From the NCBI GenBank assembly GCA_964485625.1, contig CAZAJM010000004.1:3349-67348 (forward strand): 64,000 nucleotides of DNA, given 5' to 3'. Origin of the DNA: an uncultured Candidatus Saccharibacteria bacterium (lineage in GTDB: Bacteria; Patescibacteriota; UBA1384; JAGGWG01; CAZAJM01). Below, in pieces: positions 55,864 through 64,000 of this stretch (positions are counted from its first letter, which is position 1; the number at the start of each line of letters is the position of its first letter). The notes beneath the pieces were generated by a model that saw only the letters and a list, made by a program, of their open reading frames with translations, had not been told where the DNA came from and searched no databases. A program made the position numbers and the translations under genes.

Positions 55864-56121
55864 AAAATGTCAGAATTTGCCTGAGCAGTGTCGTGAGATG
55901 CTGTTAGTAATCCGGCTAATAACGAGGGAATCCCACAATTGTGGGACAACCCCGTGGGAAGTCTAGACCACTAGTTAGTGGATGGACCCCGTAACGACTG
56001 AGTCGAAAGACGAGATCTAAGACTTAAAGCTTAGATAATACGCCGGCACTCCAATTTATATTTTGGAGTTGAAGAGATAGTCTAATTCTAGTTGAATATA
56101 AAAACTAGTTCTAATTAAATG
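55864..56121 (+). mobile_element. ORF-less group I intron at the L1951-equivalent site
   Basis: Exon GTCAGGT ends in T, the intron ends ...aattaaatG, and the exon resumes AAGTTCTGACC. Internal core ccgtgggaagtc...ggatggaccccgtaacgactgagtcgaaaga and S-like gagatagtctaattc. Confidence 0.7.
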
Positions 56122-56677
56122 AAGTTCTGACCTGCACGAAAGGGGTAACGGTTTGGGCTCTGTCTCGGAGAGGGATCCGGTGAAATTGCAATGTGGGTGA
56201 AAATGCCCACTACTTACGGCAGGACGGAAAGACCCCGTGAAGCTTTACTACAGGCTGGTATTGGATTGAGGGGGCTTTTGTCGAGAATAGGTGGGAGACT
56301 TTGAAGTTAGGACGCCAGTCCTAATGGAGTCGCCAGTGGAATACCACCCTTAAGACCTTTTAATTCTAACCTTGGTTCGTTTCATAGATTGACTGAGGAA
56401 CAGTGCTTGCTGGGTAGTTTATCTGGGGCGGATGCCTCCTAAATAGTAACGGAGGCGTGCTAAGGTTCTCTAGTCCAGTATGGAAATCTGGATGATAGTG
56501 CAAAAGCATAAGAGAGCCTCGACTGCAAGACTTACAAGTCGAGCAGGTGCGAAAGCAGGCTTTAGTGATCCGACGTTTCCCTTTGTACAGGGGCGAAGCT
56601 CAACGGATAAAAGCTACTCCGGGGATAACAGGTTAATCGGGCCCAAGAGCTCATATCGACGGCCCGGTTTGACACCT

Positions 56678-57000
56678 CAACATAGTCGACGATCCACGCA
56701 AGTGGATTATGGGGTGTAACGTTAAGCAATTAGCGTTTAGTAATTCGATCAAAACGGTGGAACCTTCTTTATGTAATCTATATTGTATTGTATAATATAG
56801 GTGTAAATAGAAAGGCAATACCGTGGGAGATCCAGAAAATGGATAACCCGTAGAGACTTAATTGTAATTAAATACAATTAGATTCAGTGTATTTTTGCTG
56901 GATAATACGTCGAACTCTCCGATTTTATCGGAGATGAAGGTATAGTCCAAACCTATTGGAAACATTAGGTAGTAACATTAGAAAATGTTATGTAAATTTG
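56678..57000 (+). mobile_element. ORF-less group I intron at the L2500-equivalent site (peptidyl-transferase loop)
   Basis: Exon ...GACACCT ends in T, the intron ends ...aaatttG, and the exon resumes CGATGTCGGCTC. It carries ccgtgggagatcc...ggataacccgtagagactt and S-like gaaggtatagtccaaacc. Confidence 0.7.
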
Positions 57001-57032
57001 CGATGTCGGCTCATCTCATCCTGGGGCTGAAG

Positions 57033-57730
57033 CAAACATAACTGCTTTCTCTGGTGGAAACACTAGAGTAATTAAACAAGCTCAAAACGGTGAAGGCCAC
57101 TAGTTATATTAATAATGGTTAATACCGTGAGAAAAAAAGTTTTTGAAGTCAATAAAGCTTATTTAGCAGGTTTATTTGATGGTGATGGATCAATCATGGC
57201 AATGATTGAGAAACATCAACAGATGAAGTTTGGATTTAGATTAAGAGTAATTTTTAAAATATCACAAAAAGAGAGAAAATCTTTAATGAAGCTAAAAAAG
57301 AAATTTCTCTTCGGTAAGATCGTATCTAATCGCAAAGCATATGATTGGATAATTAGAGATCAATGTAATATTAAGAAAATTCTTAATTACCTATCACCAT
57401 ATGTGATAGTTAAATCTAAACAAGTTAAGTTAGCATTGAAGATTATTAATGCTAATAAAGACACAAAAGATAACTTTCTAAACACAGCCAAATTGACTGA
57501 TTCATTGGCAAAATTAAACGTTAGGTCTAAAGGCCGACGCAAAAATTATTCAACAATGGTCAAAGAATCTTTTTCTCGTAACGACTGATTGTTACATTTA
57601 TTTGTAACATGAGATATGTTCTAAATTAAGGACATATCACACGGCTTGCACCTAAATTGAATTCAGCAATGAATATCAATATGGTGAAGGTATAGTCTGA
57701 TACTTGTAGCAATACAAGCGAACGTGAATG
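57033..57730 (+). mobile_element. Group I intron at the ~L2532-equivalent site, encoding a LAGLIDADG endonuclease
   Basis: Exon ...GGGGCTGAAG, then the intron, resuming AGGTCCCAAGGGT after ...gtgaatG. S-like gaaggtatagtctgatac ~40 nt before the 3' end. Confidence 0.65.
57115..57588 (+). CDS. LAGLIDADG homing endonuclease (single-motif) in 23S intron 4
   Basis: 157 aa with LAGLFDGDGSIMA. Confidence 0.8.
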   Translation: MVNTVRKKVFEVNKAYLAGLFDGDGSIMAMIEKHQQMKFGFRLRVIFKISQKERKSLMKLKKKFLFGKIVSNRKAYDWIIRDQCNIKKILNYLSPYVIVKSKQVKLALKIINANKDTKDNFLNTAKLTDSLAKLNVRSKGRRKNYSTMVKESFSRND

Positions 57731-57781
57731 AGGTCCCAAGGGTCTAGCTGTCCGCTAGTTAAAGAGGTACGCGAGCTGGGT

Positions 57782-58059
57782 AAGTGAATATGAGCCCAGT
57801 AAAAATCGACTCATAACGGAGAAGTTCATTAGTATGTGATATAATGAATACTGTATGAATAATTCCGTGGGAAGTCCGGTCCGCCAGTTGGCGGATGGAC
57901 CCCGTAAAGACTGACTCGAAAGAGAAGGATTGAGGAAACATAAACTCAATCAATACGTCGATCTTAGTTGTTAAGAATTGATTATGGCAAGTATTAGCCT
58001 AAAATCAATAACTAAGAAAGGTATAGTCTGTACTTTTAGTAATAAAAGATAAATATACG
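57782..58059 (+). mobile_element. ORF-less group I intron near the L2584/2585-equivalent site
   Basis: Exon ...GCGAGCTGGGT ends in T, the intron ends ...aaatatacG, and the exon resumes TCAGACCGTCGTAAGACAGGTCGGTCC. Core ccgtgggaagtccggtccgccagttggcggatggaccccgtaaagactgactcgaaaga and S-like aaaggtatagtctgtac. Confidence 0.65.
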
Positions 58060-58461
58060 TCAGACCGTCGTAAGACAGGTCGGTCCTAATCCGCCGTAAG
58101 CGTTTTAGCTTGAGGGAGGTTGCCTCTAGTACGAGAGGACCGAGGTGAACAAGCCTCTAGTGTACCAGTTGTTAACTCCATTTTCGGATGGAATTACGCA
58201 TCGCTGGGTAGCTATGCTTGGTCGAGATAAGCGCTGAATGCATATAAGCGCGAAGCTCATCCCAAGATTAGGCAAAATGCTTCCTTGAAGATTACGAGGT
58301 TGATAGGCTGCAGGTGTAAGTGGAGCAATCCATTCAGCCGAGCAGTACTAATAGCTGCATTTCTCCATTCTCCCGCTTAATTGGCGGGAAATCGAGTCTG
58401 CTTCATAATCGGAAAATTGCAAATAGATTTATTTATACTATTTTACACTTCGAAGGCATTG

Positions 58462-58580
58462 TTCTGGTGCCCATAGCGAGATGGCCACACCTGTTCTCAT
58501 TCCGAACACAGAAGTTAAGCATCTCAGCGCTGATGATACTTGCTCGGCAACGAGCTGGGACAGTAAGTCGGCGCCAGAAC
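58462..58580 (+). rRNA. rrf: 5S rRNA
   Basis: ttctggtgcccatagcgagatggccacacctgttctcattccgaacacagaagttaagc...gggacagtaagtcggcgccagaac. The terminal helix ttctggtg/caccagaa (reverse complement of the 3' end) and loop C CCGAAC are present. It lies ~95 nt after the 23S 3' end. Confidence 0.85.
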
Positions 58581-58664
58581 AATTTTTTCGAGGTGTTTTT
58601 TTGTTTTTTTAATTTAATTTGTATATAATGTTAGTAGACTTAGTTAATTAACATTGGCGATATT

Positions 58665-58871
58665 ATGAAAAGGACTCAATTTATCTATTCATTAGCAGTT
58701 TTTCTACTCGGTGGATTTTTAACAGCGATTGGTTTTTGGGGTCAGATGTCCGTTAGCGCCGATACTCCTGCTCTTGCCGGGCAAGTAGAGATGTTTACGA
58801 TCTCTCTAATTGTTGGTGCTGCCATGATAGTGGTTAGCGTAATCTTGTTCGCTATGGCTGTTTCTAGCTAG
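58665..58871 (+). CDS. Small two-TM membrane protein
   Basis: 68 aa, two hydrophobic helices. Confidence 0.35.
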   Translation: MKRTQFIYSLAVFLLGGFLTAIGFWGQMSVSADTPALAGQVEMFTISLIVGAAMIVVSVILFAMAVSS

Positions 58872-58991
58872 CAGACAACCTTTTTTGTTATAGGAATATT
58901 GTTTCCAAGTGCTTTGGAGGCAGTATTTTTTTATGATATAATTAAAATATATTTTAGTAATGCTCAGTTTTAATTGAGTTAAAATTTTATC

Positions 58992-59762
58992 TTGAATAAT
59001 AATATTGTAATAAAAATCAAAGACCTCCATAAAACTTTCGGTTCTGGAGAAAGTACCAATCATGTTTTAAAGGGGGTGGATTTAGATATCTATTCAGGAG
59101 ATTTTACGATAATCTTTGGCCCTTCTGGTTGTGGCAAGACCACATTATTGAACACCATGATCGGTTTAGAGCCTCCTACAAGGGGTAAGATATATGTTAG
59201 GGGCAAAGAGATTACAGATATGGAAGATGATAAGCGAGCGAAGTTTAGGGCGAAGAAGTTTGGTATAGTCCATCAAATGCCATATTGGATAAAGTCTTTG
59301 AATGTTCTAGAGAATGTTTCTTTACCTCTAACAATTGCCGGGTCTACTGAAGAAAATGCTTTGAAGAGAGCTAGAAAAACTCTTAGAGAAGTTGGGCTAG
59401 ATGATCAGCAGATGCAGATACCAACAGAGCTTTCCGGAGGTGAGCAGCAGAGAGCCGGTCTAGCTCGTGCCTTGGTCTCTTGGCCCTGGATAATAGTTGC
59501 GGATGAGCCGACTGGTAACTTGGATGTAGAATCTGGCAAAAAGATCATGGATCTACTCAAATCTTTAAGTCAGGAACAGAAGAGAACGGTTGTTTTAGTG
59601 ACCCACAATATTGACTACTTATCTTATGCTAGCAGGACAATTGCTATGGAGGATGGAGAAATTATTGGTGATAGCAGTAAGGATAGCTCTGCAGATATTG
59701 CTCAGAAGCTTAATAGTAAGATAGAAATTCTCAGAAAGAAGAAAGAGGAGTTCAATCAATAA
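58992..59762 (+). CDS. ABC transporter ATP-binding protein (MacB/LolD/FtsE-like)
   Basis: 256 aa with GPSGCGKTT, LSGGEQQRAGLARAL and IVADEPTGNLD. Confidence 0.85.
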   Translation: MNNNIVIKIKDLHKTFGSGESTNHVLKGVDLDIYSGDFTIIFGPSGCGKTTLLNTMIGLEPPTRGKIYVRGKEITDMEDDKRAKFRAKKFGIVHQMPYWIKSLNVLENVSLPLTIAGSTEENALKRARKTLREVGLDDQQMQIPTELSGGEQQRAGLARALVSWPWIIVADEPTGNLDVESGKKIMDLLKSLSQEQKRTVVLVTHNIDYLSYASRTIAMEDGEIIGDSSKDSSADIAQKLNSKIEILRKKKEEFNQ

Positions 59763-59763
59763 A

Positions 59764-60963
59764 ATGAGATTAGGATATATAATAAAATTAAGTTTTAAGA
59801 ATCTGGTCTCAAATCGGCTTCGAACATATCTAACAATTGGAGCAGTTCTAATTGGTATAGGTTCGATTGTCTTTTTAGTCTCTCTCGGCTTTGGTCTTCA
59901 AAGACTTGTTACTTCCGAAGTAGCTACTTTGGAGGAGATGAAGATAATAGATGTTAGCCCTGGCGACTCTGAAATTTTAAGATTGAGTGATCAGTCTCTA
60001 GAAATAATAGGTTCAAATGACCTAATTGAGTCTTTTGGAAAAATGATTAATGTTGCTGGTCGGGCCGGTTATCGAGATTCAGTTATTGATACTGTCGTAT
60101 ATGGTATTGATAATAATTATTTAAACTTAAAGAATATTAAGATCAAAGAAGGAAGAATTTTTGCTTCCCAAGATTCAAAAGAGGTGGTAGTGAATAAGAC
60201 TGTTTTGAATTTGCTTGGCGTAGAGCAGAATCAAGAGAGTATGATTGGTAAGGAGGTTGTTTTTGATTTTATCATTACCTCCGAGTTATTAGATAAGGAG
60301 GGAAGGGAGGTTATCGAGGGTGAGACTTTTGAAATTGTCGGCATTGAGGATGTCAATAAAACACCGGCTATTTATTTGCCCATAAAGTATTTCGAAGATA
60401 AACAGATTTCTTATTATTCAGATCTAAAAGTAAAAGTCAGTAATTCGGACGATGTTAAAGCCGTTAGAGAGAGCATTGAAACTGCTGGTTATAAGACGGA
60501 GTATGTTGGCGACACTGTTACCCAGATTAACCAAGTTTTTGATATCTTTAAGGTTGTTCTGGCCGGTTTTGGTGGTGTAGCAATGGTCGTAGCGGCTCTA
60601 GGTATGTTTAATACATTGACTGTTTCTCTTCTTGAAAGAATTAGAGAGGTCGGATTACTTAAAACTTTAGGAATGAGTAAGAGAGATATTAGAAACCTAT
60701 TTTTATCGGAGGCCTTAATCATTGGAGTGGGTGGCGGTTTAATGGGGCTTATTCTAGGTTTATTAATTGGCAATGGACTAAACTACATAATAAATGTCTT
60801 GGCCGAGGCCTCTGGAGCTTCGACTGTAGCTTTCTTCTATATGCCTTGGTACTTTGCGGTTGGTATGGCGCTTTTTTCCGTAATTTTAGGTATTGTAACC
60901 GGAATCTATCCGGCTAAAAGAGCAGTTAGAGTCAGTGCCTTAGATGCTCTAAGGTACGAGTAA
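59764..60963 (+). CDS. ABC transporter permease, FtsX/MacB-like fold
   Basis: 399 aa. N-terminal TM, a large periplasmic domain, and three C-terminal TMs. Confidence 0.8.
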   Translation: MRLGYIIKLSFKNLVSNRLRTYLTIGAVLIGIGSIVFLVSLGFGLQRLVTSEVATLEEMKIIDVSPGDSEILRLSDQSLEIIGSNDLIESFGKMINVAGRAGYRDSVIDTVVYGIDNNYLNLKNIKIKEGRIFASQDSKEVVVNKTVLNLLGVEQNQESMIGKEVVFDFIITSELLDKEGREVIEGETFEIVGIEDVNKTPAIYLPIKYFEDKQISYYSDLKVKVSNSDDVKAVRESIETAGYKTEYVGDTVTQINQVFDIFKVVLAGFGGVAMVVAALGMFNTLTVSLLERIREVGLLKTLGMSKRDIRNLFLSEALIIGVGGGLMGLILGLLIGNGLNYIINVLAEASGASTVAFFYMPWYFAVGMALFSVILGIVTGIYPAKRAVRVSALDALRYE

Positions 60964-60992
60964 ATTAATTTAGTTTCTTGGGATTTTTTTTT

Positions 60993-61013
60993 GAGCCGAT
61001 TTGGCTCTTTTTT
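60993..61013 (+). terminator. Rho-independent terminator after the ABC permease
   Basis: GAGCCgatttGGCTC followed by ttttttg. Confidence 0.55.
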
Positions 61014-61060
61014 GCTTTAAATATGTGCTATAATAGTGGTAGAAAAAATAATTTCCGTCT

Positions 61061-64000
61061 ATGGTTGGGGATAAGTTAAGGAGCAACTTAATCAGGTTTG
61101 GTTTGTTTGGTTTTATCTTTTTCTTTATTTTACTTAGTCTGATCGTAATATTTATCAATAATGGTGGGCCCGGCTCTGTTCTTGGCACTCAAACAACTCA
61201 AGTCGATAAGACTACTAGTGCTCATTTTGATCAAGGTAATTTAAGTGATGCTGTCACATACGATGATGGGGGAGATGGCGCGGTCCATTTGGATGACTAC
61301 GATAATTGGTATAACGACGATTGGCAATATCGAAAACAGATTACAGTTGATAGTGATCAGGTGGAAGAAGACGTAACTGATTTCCCAGTATTAGTTGAAC
61401 TAAGTAGCGACGCTCAATTAGCGGCCAGCGCCCAAGCTGATGGAGATGATATTCTGTTCACGGATAGTGATGGCAACAAGCTATCTCATGAGATTGAAAA
61501 CTTTGACTCAGGAACAGGCGCTCTAACCGCTTGGGTTAAAGCTGATCTGTCTTCAAGCTCAAATACTAATCTGTTTCTATACTACGATAACGACACAATT
61601 TCAAGCCAGCAGAACGTGGCCGATGTTTGGTCCAATGGTTATCAGTCGGTATTACATGTTAACCAAGATCAGGGCATAGTATTAGGGGAGACAGGCGAGA
61701 TATCGGCTAGTGATAATAGCTGGCAAGAGGTTAGCTTCTCTAACAGTTACACAACCACACCAGTAGTTTTAGCCACTCCAGTTACAGATAGCAATGGAAA
61801 TTACTATCCTTTGGCGGCAATTAGAAATATTGACGAGGAAGGTTTTGAGATAAAAATATCAATGGATGATGGTTCTAGCGGTGAGGTGGCCTCATTTAAC
61901 GAAGAGACGATTAATTGGTTCGCTATTGATCCGGATAGGGCCAATAATTTTGATTGGATGGATGTAGGTACAGTGTCGGTTGCTTCCAATGGTAGCACTG
62001 CCGGCTTATCTTTCAATAAAACTTTGTCGGGTACGCCGATGGTTTTTCTCCAGCCCCAAACTTATAACCAAGGCGCATTAGCTATGACTACCTGGACTGA
62101 TGGCGGTGAATCTACAACTGGTACTGGAGTTATTGGCTGTGTTCATAATAATACTACGGATAGTTGTCTAAGTGGCCAGCCTTCAGAGACCGTCGGCTAT
62201 TTGGCTATAGATGTTAGTGAGTCGGAAATAAGCAGTTTTCAGTCAGGAAGTTATAATATTTCAAATAGCGATTGGCAAAATGCAAATTTTAGCCCTGAAT
62301 ATACTAACCCAAGAATGATGGTCTCTCAGAATGACGACGATGGTGCTCAGGACCCTCAATATGCTTGGGCTAGAAACCTGTCTACTACTGGAGCTCAATT
62401 TAGATATTGTGAAAAAGATGCTGCTGATTACTGCGATAGCCATACTGATGAAGTAACGGTCTGGTTTGCTTTGGAGGATGGTGATATTACGGTTCCGGGC
62501 TCGGCCGACTCTAGTGGCAATGGTAACTTCGGACTTCATTCAATCTCGGCCGGTGGTCAAACTGGGCAGATCCATCTAGGTCAGCAATTTGATGGTAGTG
62601 ACGACTATATCTCTATAAGTTCTGATTCATCTATCAGCCCTAGCAACCTAACTGTTCAGGCTTGGGTCAATCATAGCCGATCTAACCCGGGAGGTACTAG
62701 GTCAATTATTTCTCAAGATAGAGGTAGCAGTACCGATAATTCATATTATCTAGGTTTAGCCGATGGTAGTAATAGTCCAACTTTCTTCTTAAAAGACAGC
62801 GATGGTACAGACAGATCTGTAGTTGGCGCCGGGACATTGGTTCAGGATAGTTGGCACTTTTTAGCAGCGACTCATGATGGTTCCAATTTAGATCTATATT
62901 TAGATGATAGTGACCAGGGTAATAGTGCTAGTGGAGCCTTGAGTTATCCCAGCAACCAACCGGTTAGTATTGGAGCAGATTATAATAACAATTCAACGCC
63001 CTCAACAGATTTCTTTGGTGGCTATATTGATGAGGTAAGAATCTCTAACGTTGCTAGAACCCAAAATTGGTTAAAAACGGAGTATAACAATCAATCTGAT
63101 CCCTCAAGTTTTTACAGTCTAAGTAGTCAAATGATTAATTTGGCACCCAGTGGAACTTACACCTCGCCCTCATCTGGGGATAATGTTATTGATACAACTT
63201 GGAATGGGGGTTGGGGCGATGGCACTGCCGGGTCGACCGCTTTTGAAGCCGATGTAACGATTCCTGCTGATACTTCGATTGGTTTCCAATTCAGGTCATC
63301 GGCAACGGGGGGCATAGATGTTAATTGGTCTAGTTGGTATCCGGCCGACACCACTACCTATGAGGCTAGCTCAACCGGTACCTACAGTCTTACTGCGGAC
63401 CAGCTAAGCAGTGTGCCGTCCGGTATTAATCGATATATTCAAGTAAGAGCAACCTTGAAATCTCCCAATCAGACCAATAACCCAACAATCTCAGGCTATA
63501 GTCTCTATTATCTAGAAGATGCTGATAATCCGGTTAATCCAACCTCAGTAAGTGGTTATCAGGATGAGACCAAGGCCGACTCAATAGTTGATGGTAGCTG
63601 GACCAATGATGACCAGCCATACTTTGAGTTTAGTGGGGCGGACGACGACGATTCTGGAGTAGATGGTTACTATGTTTATTTTGGCACCGATGGTACTAGT
63701 GATCCTTCCACTGCTGGAGATTGGCAGGATCAAGAGGCCGATCCTCAAAGCTACACACCGGCTCAATTGAATGAGGATGATTCTGGCAAAACATTCTACC
63801 TAGGCATTAGAACTCAAGATAACGCAACAAGAAAATATACCAACGGCGACCCAAACTATTATCAGGAGTTTACCTATAAGTTTGATAGTACTTTGCCAAG
63901 CAGGCCGGACTATGTTGATGTTTCTCCAATCGGTTGGGCGACTGTTAATAATTTTGATTTTAGCTGGCCGGCTGCCAGTGACCCTGAAAGTAATGGAGCG
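61061..64000 (+). CDS. Giant membrane-anchored surface protein (DUF2341-like N-domain plus LamG/concanavalin-A-like domain plus beta-rich repeats), 5' part only; runs off the window
   Basis: ATG at 61061, open for at least 980 codons to the window end. The ORF table omits it because no stop lies in the window. It has an N-terminal TM (FGLFGFIFFFILLSLIVIF), DWQYRKQITVD...FPVLVEL...ILFTD (DUF2341-like), and a LamG_3-like core QFDGSDDYISI...WHFLAATHDG...FFGGYIDEVRISNVARTQNWL. Confidence 0.7.
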   Translation, partial: MVGDKLRSNLIRFGLFGFIFFFILLSLIVIFINNGGPGSVLGTQTTQVDKTTSAHFDQGNLSDAVTYDDGGDGAVHLDDYDNWYNDDWQYRKQITVDSDQVEEDVTDFPVLVELSSDAQLAASAQADGDDILFTDSDGNKLSHEIENFDSGTGALTAWVKADLSSSSNTNLFLYYDNDTISSQQNVADVWSNGYQSVLHVNQDQGIVLGETGEISASDNSWQEVSFSNSYTTTPVVLATPVTDSNGNYYPLAAIRNIDEEGFEIKISMDDGSSGEVASFNEETINWFAIDPDRANNFDWMDVGTVSVASNGSTAGLSFNKTLSGTPMVFLQPQTYNQGALAMTTWTDGGESTTGTGVIGCVHNNTTDSCLSGQPSETVGYLAIDVSESEISSFQSGSYNISNSDWQNANFSPEYTNPRMMVSQNDDDGAQDPQYAWARNLSTTGAQFRYCEKDAADYCDSHTDEVTVWFALEDGDITVPGSADSSGNGNFGLHSISAGGQTGQIHLGQQFDGSDDYISISSDSSISPSNLTVQAWVNHSRSNPGGTRSIISQDRGSSTDNSYYLGLADGSNSPTFFLKDSDGTDRSVVGAGTLVQDSWHFLAATHDGSNLDLYLDDSDQGNSASGALSYPSNQPVSIGADYNNNSTPSTDFFGGYIDEVRISNVARTQNWLKTEYNNQSDPSSFYSLSSQMINLAPSGTYTSPSSGDNVIDTTWNGGWGDGTAGSTAFEADVTIPADTSIGFQFRSSATGGIDVNWSSWYPADTTTYEASSTGTYSLTADQLSSVPSGINRYIQVRATLKSPNQTNNPTISGYSLYYLEDADNPVNPTSVSGYQDETKADSIVDGSWTNDDQPYFEFSGADDDDSGVDGYYVYFGTDGTSDPSTAGDWQDQEADPQSYTPAQLNEDDSGKTFYLGIRTQDNATRKYTNGDPNYYQEFTYKFDSTLPSRPDYVDVSPIGWATVNNFDFSWPAASDPESNGA

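Larger units (their letters stand above)
53380..58365 (+). rRNA. rrl: 23S rRNA gene interrupted by five group-I-like introns; about 2.83 kb of exon sequence
   Basis: The 5' region matches GGTGGATGCCTTGG...GATGAAGGACGTG. Further landmarks are GAAACATCTTAGTA, GTACCGTGAGGGAAAG, the H69 / 1930-1960 region, the peptidyl-transferase GGGATAACAGG...GATGTCGGCTC, GGTACGCGAGCTGGGT, and 3' GTACTAAT. Exon block lengths between insertions (20, 556, 32, 51 nt) match E. coli spacing between positions 1931, 1951, 2500, 2532 and 2584. Confidence 0.9.

Overview
This is a low-GC (~38-40%) bacterial chromosome segment that looks like a Candidate Phyla Radiation (Patescibacteria-like) genome. The supporting traits are a compact genome, an unlinked rRNA operon, self-splicing introns in both 16S and 23S rRNA, and an intein in GyrA. 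Gene content in order is as follows. A HEPN/MNT toxin-antitoxin pair runs off the left edge. Then come serS, hpf, secA, ftsE, ftsX and two tandem EnvC-like M23 peptidase paralogues with a foreign high-GC lipoprotein gene inserted between them. A roughly 11 kb surface-polysaccharide locus follows. It encodes a Wzz-like protein, a Wzy-like protein, glycosyltransferases, an acetyltransferase, two initiating phosphoglycosyltransferases and a large membrane-anchored protein. Next are two tandem L,D-transpeptidases, gyrB, gyrA (with a 432-aa LAGLIDADG intein at the active-site Tyr), an HTH protein, infB and a HEAT-repeat protein. The 16S rRNA lies on the minus strand and is split by three insertions, each encoding a LAGLIDADG homing endonuclease. 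tRNA-Ile(GAT) lies upstream of the 16S, with a protein-coding gene between them. A galactokinase-like GHMP kinase follows. After it comes a proteostasis module made of a membrane-anchored Clp-like ATPase, an XRE-HTH::Hsp20 fusion and a ClpC/ClpE-type ATPase with an N-terminal zinc finger. Several membrane proteins and tRNA-Ala(TGC) follow, the tRNA flanked by tRNA fragments, and then a nucleotide-salvage pair. The 23S rRNA is on the plus strand, is split by five group-I-like introns (two encoding LAGLIDADG endonucleases), and is followed by 5S rRNA. An ABC transporter pair and the start of a giant LamG/DUF2341-like surface protein run off the right edge. The most unusual non-genic signal is a family of ~90-bp GC-rich hairpin elements. 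Two copies are flanked by 26-29 bp direct duplications of the termini of gyrB and infB. All names and functions are inferred from motifs recognised by eye; no database search was run.
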